This document shows, in pieces, positions 53,012-64,000 of a stretch of 64,000 nucleotides of DNA; the first letter of the stretch is position 1; each line of letters opens with the position of its first letter. The notes beneath the pieces were generated by a model, which saw only the letters and a list, made by a program, of their open reading frames with translations, was not told the origin of the DNA and searched no databases. Origin of the DNA: Octopus vulgaris (Eukaryota); NCBI GenBank assembly GCA_951406725.2, contig OX597843.1, forward strand, positions 15,314,001 to 15,378,000, in the 5' to 3' direction. The translations under genes and the position numbers were made by a program.

Positions 53012-55265
53012 GCTATCAGTCCACAAAGCGGACTGGGGAGCAATCAGAAAGGATCTGTCTTCCATCGACTGGTCTTTTACTCTCAATTCCTCTCATATTG
53101 AGACCGCATGGCAGCACTTTGAAAACATTGTCACATATTCATGCTCTAAACACGCTCCCACGAAATCTACTAACACAAACAGAAACCGGCTCCCTAAAAA
53201 GAAAAAAACACTCATCAGGCGCATCAAAAGTCTCAACTAAAAAATCAACCAATTAAAATATTCCCACAAACAACATCCACATTCAACAACAATGAAAAGA
53301 CTAGAGCTGGAAAAACTTCATCTGCAGACCGACATGAAAACCTCCATTGAAAATCAAAGAGCTGTGGAGGAACAATGGGTAATCAAAAACATCAAACAGA
53401 ACCCAAAAGTGTTCTATTATTATGCAAATAAGCATAGAACCACTGTCTCACCCATTGGGCCATTGATTGATGATAACGGCATTCCCCAACACGAAATACT
53501 GCAGAAACAATACTGCTCTGTCTTTAGTGTTCCCACTTTTATTGACGTAAGAGAAGCGAACGAAGTTGACTCCCAACATAAAATCTCAGACATAACCTTC
53601 ACTGCCACTGACATCATAGCAGCAATAAATGAGGTCAAATACTACTCTGCTGTAGGCCCTGATAGATTTCCCGCTAGTCTCCTGAAGGAATGTAGACACC
53701 AACTTGCAGTCCCTCTGACCAACCTCTGGAGAAATTCGTTAGACGCAGGTTATATACCGAAACAGTTTCTATCCCAGTCGGTCATCCCGATTTTCAAACA
53801 GTGAAACAGATCCCTCGTAGTCAACTATCGCCCAATCTCACTCACCTCCCACATCATCAAAGTGTTTGGAAAGAGTGTTAAGATCAAGGATAGCTGACTT
53901 CCTGGAGACCCACAAACTCCTAAATGCAAATCAGCATGGCTTTCGCTGTGGAAGGGACTGTCTAACACAGCTCTTACACCACATTGAAGATATACTCAAA
54001 GCCTTGGGAACAGGTTCGAACTCTGACGTCATATATCTTGACTTCAGTAAAGCGTTCAACAAGGTAGACCATAACATCCTACTCTCAAAATTGGCAAATG
54101 TTGGAATCCGTGGAAAAGTTCTACACTGGATCAAGTATTTCCTGGCGAATAGAACACAACATGTAGTTGATGGAGTCTACTCAAACCCAGCAAAAGTCAC
54201 CAGCGGTGTTCCCCAGGGGACTGTTTTGGGTCCGCTACTCTTCATAATTTACATAAACGACCTTTCCAGTGTCGTACATTACTGCAAAGTGAAAATATTT
54301 GCTGATGACACTAAGCCCCATCAAATCGTCAATGAAGAAGCAGACCGAACTCAACTCCAGTCTGATCTATATGCTGTGAATCAATGGGCAGACAGAAACA
54401 AAATGCAACTGAACGAGGGAAAATTTGAGCTGATGCATTTTGGAAGAAATTCCTCACTAAAACAACCATACTCTCTTCCTTCAGAGGAACCGCTCACAGC
54501 CTCTAAAAACATCAGAGACCTAGGTGTAATTGTTGATGACGATCTAAGTTGGAGTGCACACATCAACAAGAAGTTCGATTGTAGGATGAGTTCCTGGATC
54601 TTAAGAACTTTCCGGTCCAGAGAACAAGGTGTCATCATACCACTATTCTCCTCCTTTGTACGGCCACACCTCGAATACTGCTGCCCACTGTGGTCTCCCC
54701 ATACAAGACAAAACATCTCCAGAATTGAGTCACCCCAGAGGGCACTCACTAAACGAATTGAAGGCATGGCTGTTCTCGATTATTGGGATCGCCTTAAAGC
54801 CTTGAAACTTTACTCTCTCCAACGTTGCCATGAGCGGTACATCATTTGTACGATGTGGAGAATATACCACCAACTTTGCCCAAACGACCTGAACATAAGC
54901 TTCAAGGTTCATCCAAGACTGGGACCACGGGCCATACGTCCCCTGCCCAATTCAAGATCACAGCATACATATACACTACAACATAATTTCTTTTCCTCAA
55001 CAGGCCCTGCCCTATTTAACATTGTCCCGAAAGAGATCAAAGAGGTAAAGGATCCCATCAACTTTAAATGGAGTCTGGATAGATTCCTTCAAGGAATACC
55101 AGATAAGCCACCCATAATTGGATACAACTCACCCAACAAAACCTCACTACTTGAATGGACCATAAGCAAAACTTGACTTAAACAGGTTTCAAATAATCCT
55201 ATCAGGTGGTGCTATTAAGTTAGACATGGCCTGGACCAATCTTTGGTCGAAACATATCTAAGCTT
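53012..55265 (+). mobile_element. 5'-truncated CR1-clade LINE ORF2 (RT), disabled
   Basis: Motifs QHGFR, YLDFSKAFNKV, GVPQGTVLGPLLF, FADDTK and PHLEYC; in-frame stops; flanked by (TA)n. Confidence 0.95.
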
Positions 55266-55289
55266 ATATATAAATATATATATAAATAT

Positions 55290-55324
<35 letters not shown>

Positions 55325-55705
55325 GGATTGGCTGTGTGGTAAGTAGCTTGCTAACTAACCACATGGTTCCGGGTTCAGTCCCACTGCGTGGCATCTTGGG
55401 CAAGTGTCTTCTGCTATAGCCCCGGGCCGACCAATGCCTTGTGAGTGGATTTGGTAGACGGAAACTGCGTCGTTTGCTTATTAAGTGCTTTGCTTTTACT
55501 GGGATCTCCCTTTTAAGTAGAAAGAATAGCCAAAACTTTTTGACTGCTATTTCTAAATTCGGTGTGTGGTGAGGCAAATCGTTGCTAAACCCTTAATTAC
55601 TTAGTATTACTTAAACCTTCCTTGAATGGGGCTTTTACATGCCGAACTCTACTTGGTGAAATTAATGATTATTTCTAAATTAATTAATTTCACCCTTTAT
55701 TATTG

Positions 55706-55749
<44 letters not shown>

Positions 55750-55751
<2 letters not shown>

Positions 55752-56247
55752 TTGTGGCTCCGTTGGTGGCTAATGAGCCCTGCTCTTGACAAGCATACAC
55801 GACTGCAAACATTGCAGACCAAGCTTTCCCCATTCACTATACGAGCCGTGCGCTTTCGCGCTGCTCGCTTAAGTTCTTCATGCTGGATACATGCTCTCTC
55901 AAAAGTGTCGATCTCCTCCTTAACCTGCTACCTCCATCTGTGGCGATGACAGGCATTGTTCTCCCAGTCAGTGTCCTGCATATTACAGGCCTTTAATGAG
56001 GACTTGACACAGTCCTTAAATCGCAGCCTTGGTTTCTTCCGGAGTCTCCTTCCATTCACAAGTTCTCCATAGAGCATCTGCTTAGGAATCCTTCTATCCT
56101 TCATTCTAATAAGGTGTCCAGTCCAACACAACCGGTGCTTGTGTACCATTGCCTCAATACTCAAGATATCAGCTGTCCTCAGGATCTGTGTGTCTGGAAT
56201 TTTTGAGGTCCAGCCAACATTGAGAATGTGTCTGAGACATCTCTGAT

Positions 56248-56248
<1 letters not shown>
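55750..56248 (-). mobile_element. RTE-BovB-like LINE 3' fragment
   Basis: HQRCLRHIL...RIPKQMLYGEL...RFKD, then a CNVC...SHQRSH zinc finger in another frame. Confidence 0.85.
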
Positions 56249-56283
<35 letters not shown>

Positions 56284-56319
56284 TACATACATACAACTAA
56301 ATCTAATAAATGCTCATGC

Positions 56320-56720
56320 AGAGAAACATCAAAATGCCCATTGATTAACCTCTATGTGAGGACGAATATTGTATAAAAATGTACTGTACACATAATAGGA
56401 GGACTGTATATTTTTACATTGGGTCAGCAGCTGATCTATTCAAGAATCATTGAATGGAATCACCAGCCTCAAGAAAATCAACAAGAAGCATTCAACATAT
56501 TTGGCTGATTTTGTGTGGCGACTTAAGGAAGATAAAATTAAATATGATATAATTAAGTCCACAGTAAGGCATGGACAACCATATAATATCCTTTCCAGGA
56601 GATGCAAACTCTGCTCCGAGGAACCCCTGGCCTATTTTGTGGACCAATGAGAAGATCATTAACAGGACTTCTGAAAAACTCTCAAGATGCTTACATGCTT
56701 ATAAATGCACTTTTACACAA
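56320..56720 (+). pseudogene. Decayed Penelope-like GIY-YIG endonuclease region
   Basis: CP...NIVxKC...FYIG, then HSTYLADFVWRLKE...PYNILSRRCKLC (ORF 56450..56650). Confidence 0.7.
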
Positions 56721-56962
56721 TGCAGTGGTAATGAATTTGATTAAACATGAACTGAAAAGATAATTCAGGTATTCTACACATGCTTCAGTAGCAAATTTAT
56801 TAACACATTGCAACATACAATTTGGAATGCAATAACATGCAACATTATATAAAATTGTGCAGTAGTAAGATGTATATATAACACTGCCACATCAAGCAAT
56901 ATTCCATTTGAGGTTTATGGTGTATGGTATAGTACAAGTGTGTAAAGAAGTGCTGATCTCTA

Positions 56963-57481
56963 ACTGTGGAGGGAACTTGTGGTAGAGGTAGACCCAGAAA
57001 GACATGGATCAAGGTGAAACATGATCTTCAAACTTTGGGCCTCACAAAGGTAATCACTAGTGACTGAGACCTTTGGCAATATGCTGTGCTTGAGAAGGCC
57101 CATGAGATCAAGTGAGATCATAGTTGTGGCCAATGGGGTCATGTAACTGGTACCCATGCTGGTGGCATGTAGAAAGCACCTTGCAAGTGTTGGGCCACAC
57201 GGAGGCAATGACAAGTGACCAAGACCTTCGGCATTATGCCATGCTTGAGAAAGAAGACCCATGAAGCCAAGTGAAATCATAGTCATGGCAGATGCTGGTG
57301 TCATGTAAAAGCACCCACTACACTCTCGGAGTGGTTGGTGTTAGGAAGGGCATCCAGCCATAGAAACACTGCAAATTGGACTGGAGTCTGGTACAGCCCC
57401 TCAGCTTATCAGTCCTGGTCAAATCAGCCAACTCATGCCAGCATGGACAATGGACGTTAAATGATGATGATGATGATGATG
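56963..57481 (+). mobile_element. Old RTE 3' end linking the GRGRPRKTW coding tail to the (GAT)n-tailed 3'UTR family (also 22740-23126, 57790-58150)
   Basis: ggtagaggtagacccagaaagacatgg runs continuously into aaaagcacccactacactc...gatgatg. Confidence 0.8.
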
Positions 57482-59643
57482 TGATAATGCACCACAGGAA
57501 TTATGACAGCAAATGAAATTTTCCATTGAAGAATGGATGCATATAGCAATTGCTCCAGTCAGGGATGGTAGAGTTAGTAGGTTATTAACCAATCAAAATC
57601 ATTTGCCAAACAGACTCATTACTTTCAAATGAAAGGACAAAATAAAACGTAAGAGTGTGCAGTGTCCCATTAGCATTCAGACTGGCCACATCTGGACCAA
57701 ATATTCTAATTGCTTTCTGTTGAAACTGGCCAGATCTAGCCTCTCCCACTTATTCTACAATGTCATTCTAAAAACAGTGACATCAGTCACTTAAAGTGAA
57801 GGGAAGAGTTGTGGAAGAGGGCAACCTCGGAAGACATGGGATGAAGTTTTGAAGGCCAATCTCAAAAAGCTGGACTGAGGCAGGTGACACATTGCTGTGA
57901 CCCATCCACCACAACGGAACTGAGATCCTAAAACCAAGGTTGCACGTAAAAAGTGTTGGTGCAGTTTTGGCTTCCATGCAAAAAGCACTGGTGATTGGGG
58001 GGAGGGGGGCTACATAAAATGCACCTAGGACACTCTGTGTAGTGGTTGGCTTTAGAAAGAGCATCAAGCCATAGAAACCAAGCCAAAACACTATGGCATT
58101 TGGTGCAGCCCCTGCTAGCACAGAAAACAGATATATAATGATGATGATGACATCATGAACACATCAAAGCTATAAGATAATGTAGGATTAATTGAAAACA
58201 AAATGAATAAATAAGTAGAACATTTGACAGCGAATTCTGAATGGCAGAGGGTTAACAGGCAATCCGTTTGATGGACAGGCTCAATCTTAATCAAGGACTG
58301 GTTGTAACTTTGGCCGAGACATATGCAATAATCATTATGATCAGGTTATCATTTAACGTCGGTTTTCCATGCTGGCATGGGTTGGACAGTCTGACAGGAG
58401 CTGGCAAGCCAGGGGACTATACCCAGCTCTACCATACCAGAGTGGACTGGGTGCTTTTTTTTATGTGGTACCAGCACTGGTGGGGTCACTAGGTGATGTA
58501 TCATGACAAGAGAAAGTCACCTCAACTGGGGTGGGGGAGGGGGGAATAGTATTGAGGGAGTTGGCTTTGTGGCAATTGACGAGAGGTTAAAAGAATAATA
58601 GAGGGATAGAGATAGGGGTCTTAGTGTAAAAGGGATTCAAAGATACCCTGGGTTGGAGAAGAAGAAAGGAGAGAGAGACTTAGAGAGGGAGAGAGATGGT
58701 GGTGGAGATGTGTCAGGAGATACCCTCAAGGCACAGTGGATGGGGAGGAGTGAATATAGGTGGAGTGATACAGGGGATTGGACTGGATAGAGGCATGGTG
58801 GACAGGGGGGGGCAGACAGGGAAGAAATTTCATAAGAATGTGAGGAGAGATGGTCAGATGGGAAACGGGAGCAGCAATTGCGATTGAGAGATATAGGAGT
58901 GGCTGGGAAAGGAGGGGGGGGAATCACAGAAGTTATAGGGGGAGGGTGTTGGGAGTGGGGGAAGGGGGAATTATGAGGACATTGGGAATCATAGCAGCTA
59001 AGAGAGCATAATATCCACATCATCTATTTGTTCCATATTTATTAAGATAACTACACGGTTAAATCTGCCAATGATCCTGGCATATTCTTTGGATTTGCCA
59101 GTAAAGTGTCAGTTTCTCTTAATCCTAACCATAAATCTATTTATTTGAATATTTTGAGTTCTCTCTATTCAAGACATGAGGTGTGCTTTGCTGTTGCTTT
59201 CTTTCTACCTATTTAATTGATCCCCTTATCTGATACATCGTGTATCATCATCATCATCATCGTTTAACGTCCGCTTTCCATGCTAGCATGGGTTGGACGG
59301 TTCGACCGGGGATCTGGGAAGCCAGAAGGCTGCCCCAGGCTCTGGTCTTATCTGACAATGTTTCTACAGCTGGATGCCCTTCCTAACGCCAACCACTCCG
59401 TGAGTGTAGTGGGTGCTTTTTACGTGCCACCTGCACAGGTGCCAGGCGAGGCTGGCAACGGCCACGGTCGGATTGGTGTATTTTATGTGCCACCAGCACG
59501 GAAGCCAGTCGAGCGGCGCTGGCATCGGCCACGAGTCGGATAGTGCTTTTTACGTACCACCAGACCAGGGATCCTGGCTGGTTCAATTCGATTTCGATTG
59601 CCCCAACATGTCTTCGCAAGCAAAGGGGGTTGGCATGGGTGCC

Positions 59644-59702
<59 letters not shown>

Positions 59703-60519
59703 GGTGCAAGGGTGGCTGTGTGGTAAAAGGCATGCTTCCTGACCACATAGTTCCAGGTTCAGTCCCATTGCGTTGTACCTTGAGCAAATGTCTTCTACTA
59801 TAGCCTTGCGCTGACCGAAGCCTTATGAGTGGATTTAGGAGACAGAAACTGAAAGAAGCCTGTTGTGTGTGTGTGTGTATGTATATATATATATATATGA
59901 GAGAGTGTGCGTGTGCATGTGTTGTTTGTCTCCCCTGTCTGCCACATCACTGCTTGACAACTGGTGCTCATGTGCTTACATCCCCGTAACCTAGCAGTTC
60001 GGCAAAAGAGACTAATAGGACAAGTACTAGGATTAAAGAGAAAAACAAGTCGTGGGGTTGACTTGCTTGATTTAAGCCCTTGAAGGCAGTGCTCCAGTAT
60101 GGCCACAGTCAAAATGACTGAAACAAGTAAAAGAATATACAATGTCCGGAGGTCAGGCTCCAGTTGGGGAGTTCTGGACTTGCAGGGAGCTTGGAGTTAC
60201 CCCTTAATTACCATTATTCCCAGATCCATTCTGACCCAGAATGGTAGTACATATCAGGACCCTACCTACAAGTTAAAGAGATTCTCCAGGCCTGAAAGAG
60301 GTTCCTGTTATTTTTGGCAAAGCTGTAAGGAAGGTAGTTCTTGTAGGAGAAAAGTACTCTGGCATTAAACTTTCCGTAAAAGAGGCACCAGTCACCTTGG
60401 AATGGATTGTCCCTGGACCCTACTACGGTGACTGAGAGAATGGCAAAAGGGTTGCAGAAGCAAGGAATATTTGTAGCCACTTCAACATGGCTGTCCATTT
60501 CAGCACACTCTACTTACTT

Positions 60520-61060
60520 GTACTTGTACTTGTGACGGCGTTCACCCAGGGGGTTGAGCCGGCTTCTTCCCTGGTCCTTAACGGCATCACGAACCATGGT
60601 GGCCCACGCTCAACGGTCCCGTGTGAAGTCACTGGAGATAGTGAGCCATTCGCGGTTCCATATGCGCAGACCTGAGAGTTCGGAGGGGTCCCCCTTTATC
60701 ATCATTGCCCAGGTCTTCAGCTGTCCACTCGGGCCTTTGCGCCAGCTGGGAAGAGGACATCGCGAATCAGCTCACCCTCTGGACGCCAGGCCGCATGACT
60801 GAACCACCTTAAGTACCATTGTAGAAGCACCGAAGGGAGGGGCCGGAGATTCAGGCGATGACGAAGACCGGCTGTAGGGACCTGATCAATGCGTCGGCAG
60901 CGAAGAATGCAGTGGAGACAGTCATTGTGGAACGCCTCCAGCCGTCGCTGATCGACAACCCTCAGGCCATGTTTCACAACCATAGAGGAGGATAGTATGA
61001 ATGACAGCCTGGTAGATTCGCCCTTTGGTCACCGAGGAGATTTCCCTTCTGTCCCACGAA
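60520..61060 (-). mobile_element. Further RTE-type LINE 3' fragment
   Basis: RRLEAFHNDCLHCIL...LRWFSHA in ORF 60717..60983. Confidence 0.75.
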
Positions 61061-61317
61061 TGCGATTTTTTAACCCCAAGTGGACATCTCCTCTAGTTGG
61101 TTAATGATGCATAACTACATCTGATAAAATCGCAGCAGAGTTAACTGGACAGCCACGTTGAAATCATCATCATCATCATCATCGTTTAACGTCCGTTCTC
61201 CATGCTAGCATGGGTTGGACGGTTCGACCGGGGGATCTGGGAAGCCAGATGGCTGCACCAGGCTCCAGACTTATCTGGCAATGTTTCTACAGCTGGATGC
61301 CCTTCCTAACGCCAACT

Positions 61318-61348
<31 letters not shown>

Positions 61349-61501
61349 CATCATCATCATCATCATCGTTTAACGTCCGTTCTCCATGCTAGCATGGGTT
61401 GGACGGTTCGACCAGGGGATCTGGGAAGCCAGATGGCTGCACCAGGCTCCAGTCTTATCTGGCAATGTTTCTACAGCTGGATGCCCTTCCTAACGCCAAC
61501 T

Positions 61502-61536
<35 letters not shown>

Positions 61537-62319
61537 TCATCATCATCATCATCGTTTAATGTCCGTTCTCCATGCTAGCATGGGTTGGACGGTTTGACCG
61601 GGGATCTGGGAAGCCAGAAGGCTGCACCAGGCTCCAGTCTGATCTGGCAATGTTTCTACAGCTGGATGCCCTTCCTAACGCCAACCACTCCGTGAGTGTA
61701 GTGGGTGCTTTTTACGTGCCACCTGCACAGGTGCCAGGTGAGGCTGGCAATGGCCACGGTCGGATTGGTGTATTTTATGTGCCACTGGCACGGAAGCCAG
61801 TCGAGGCGGCGCTGGCATCGGCCACGATTCGGATAGTGCTTTTTACGTATCTCCAGTCCAGGGGTCCTGGCTGGTTCAAATATTACTTGTCAGCAAAACT
61901 TCTGCGTAGATCTGTTGATGTTTCAGAAATAGCATTTTTGCTTGTTGCAAAATCAGCGACTGTGTGATTGCTTGAAATATATATATATGTTGTACAAGCT
62001 TTTGTCACTAAAATCCAATGATGTACAAATATCTCACTTCATGGCCCTATGACCAATAGATACATACATACAGACTGACACACACACACACACACATGCA
62101 TGCATACATACACATACACACACGACAGAGGCAGAAATTTTGGGGAAGGTAAAAGTCGATTATATCAACCCCAGTGTTTCACTGGTACTTGATTTATCGA
62201 CCCAGAAAGAATGGAAGGCAAAGTCAACTTCAGCAGAATTTGAACTCAGAATGGAGCACTGGGCGAAAAACTGCCAAGCATTTTGTCCAGAATGCTAACA
62301 ATTCTGCCAGCTTGCCGCC

Positions 62320-62350
<31 letters not shown>

Positions 62351-62434
62351 TAATAATAATAATGATAATAATAATAATAATTTATTATAATAATAATAAT
62401 AATAATAATGATAATAATAATAATAATAATAATG

Positions 62435-62562
<128 letters not shown>

Positions 62563-62593
62563 TGATGATGATAATAATAATAAAAATAATTAA

Positions 62594-62632
<39 letters not shown>

Positions 62633-62636
<4 letters not shown>

Positions 62637-63190
62637 GCCCTGATGCAGTACCAGGCAGTGGCTCTCATGGCTTCTGATCTTAACTGATTGGAAGTGTTAT
62701 CATGTCCATTGTTTTGTCTTGGTATAAAAGATGGGCTACAGCAAATATTCTGCTCAATACCACAGATTTGCTTGTCAGTTGTTTGACCTTAACCAGTTGA
62801 GCATGTCCTTCGGTGGCTGACGATATGTGCATCTCTGATCACGAGCAGAAGTAGTGGGGGAGCATCATAGCCATGTGTTGAGAAGGATTCTTTGGGGTTT
62901 GAATAATTCACCTCTGGAAACATAGGTGGTTCTTTCAACATCCTTAAACAACCCTTATTCAGTGACCTTTTGAGCGGGATGGGTTACTCGACCTGAAGAA
63001 AATTCTACCTGGGCCCCACCTGCAAGGTCATGTGCTGTTTATCTTGATATGAGATCACCATGTCGCGCACACATGGTTGTGATGCATGTGCCTGGTGTAC
63101 CCTTATCAGACGGGTAGTCATGATGGGTATATTGGGCTTCGTATATTTTACCCCAGTGTCACTTTGATGGCATGAACTGCTCTCTCACTC
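62633..63190. mobile_element. ~560-bp element embedded in (TAA)n; partial inverted copy at 47923-48190, also in (ATT)n
   Basis: The two copies are highly similar and both are flanked by TAA/ATT arrays. Confidence 0.7.
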
Positions 63191-63209
63191 AATAATAATA
63201 ATAATAATG

Positions 63210-63358
<149 letters not shown>

Positions 63359-64000
63359 TATTATTATTGAAGGCAATGAACTGGCAGAATTTTTAGCCCA
63401 CCAGTCGAAGTGTTCAGCACCATTTCGTCATCATTATGGTCTGATTTCAAATTCCACCAAAGTTGAATTTGCTTTTCATCCTTTTGGGGTGAAGAAATTA
63501 AATACGAGTGAAACACTGGGGTCAATGTAATTGACTAGTCCCCTCCCCGCAAACCTCAAGCATTGTGCCTTTAGTAGAGGCAATCATTATTAGTAATAGT
63601 GGCACCTTGGGCATCTGCATGGCACCTTGAGCAAGTGTCTTCCACTATAGCCTCAGGCCAACCAAAGCCTTGTGAGTGGATTTGGTAGACGGAAACTGAA
63701 AGAAGCCTGTCGTATATATATATATTCATTTTTTATTCATTTACTTGTTTCAGTCATTTGACAGTGGCCATGCTGGAGCACCGCCTTTAGTCGAGGAAAT
63801 CGACCCCAGGACTTATTCTTTGTAGGCCTAGTACTTATTCTATCAGTCTCTTTTGCCAAACCGCTAAGTTACAGGGATGTAAACACACCAGCATCAGTTG
63901 TCAAGCGATGTTGGGGTAGGGGAGCAAACACAACACACAAACATACACATATATATGTATATACATATATACGACGGGCTTCTTTCAGTTTCCGTCTACA

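Noticed and set aside
61887-61959. Possible upstream exon on the minus strand
   Set aside because: Poor acceptor and no similarity to expected N-terminal transporter motifs.

Overview
Eukaryotic, AT-rich, extremely repeat-dense genomic DNA. The mix of tRNA-derived SINEs, (GAT)n-tailed RTE LINE ends, CR1, mariner and Penelope remnants suggests a coleoid cephalopod, probably Octopus (inference). The window lies inside one minus-strand host gene that the ORF track largely misses. Eight phase-compatible small exons (28-81 nt, 44549 down to 1524) splice into 174 aa of an Aa_trans/SLC36-like (AVT3/ANT1-like) amino-acid transporter, whose ends probably lie outside the window. The introns carry the notable features: (1) several Penelope-type minimal hammerhead ribozyme folds, including a family with a compensatory G3:C8 core swap; (2) two independent RTE insertions whose last 140 nt are amplified into 10- and 5-copy arrays with an identical junction at the 3' stem-loop, one with a twin-priming 5' inversion; (3) a 330-bp non-autonomous element borrowing only that stem-loop; (4) ~60-bp VNTR expansions inside RTE 3'UTRs; (5) candidate cassette micro-exons. 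No prokaryotic features, CRISPR arrays or genuine tRNA/rRNA genes were seen. All calls were made by eye, without database searches.
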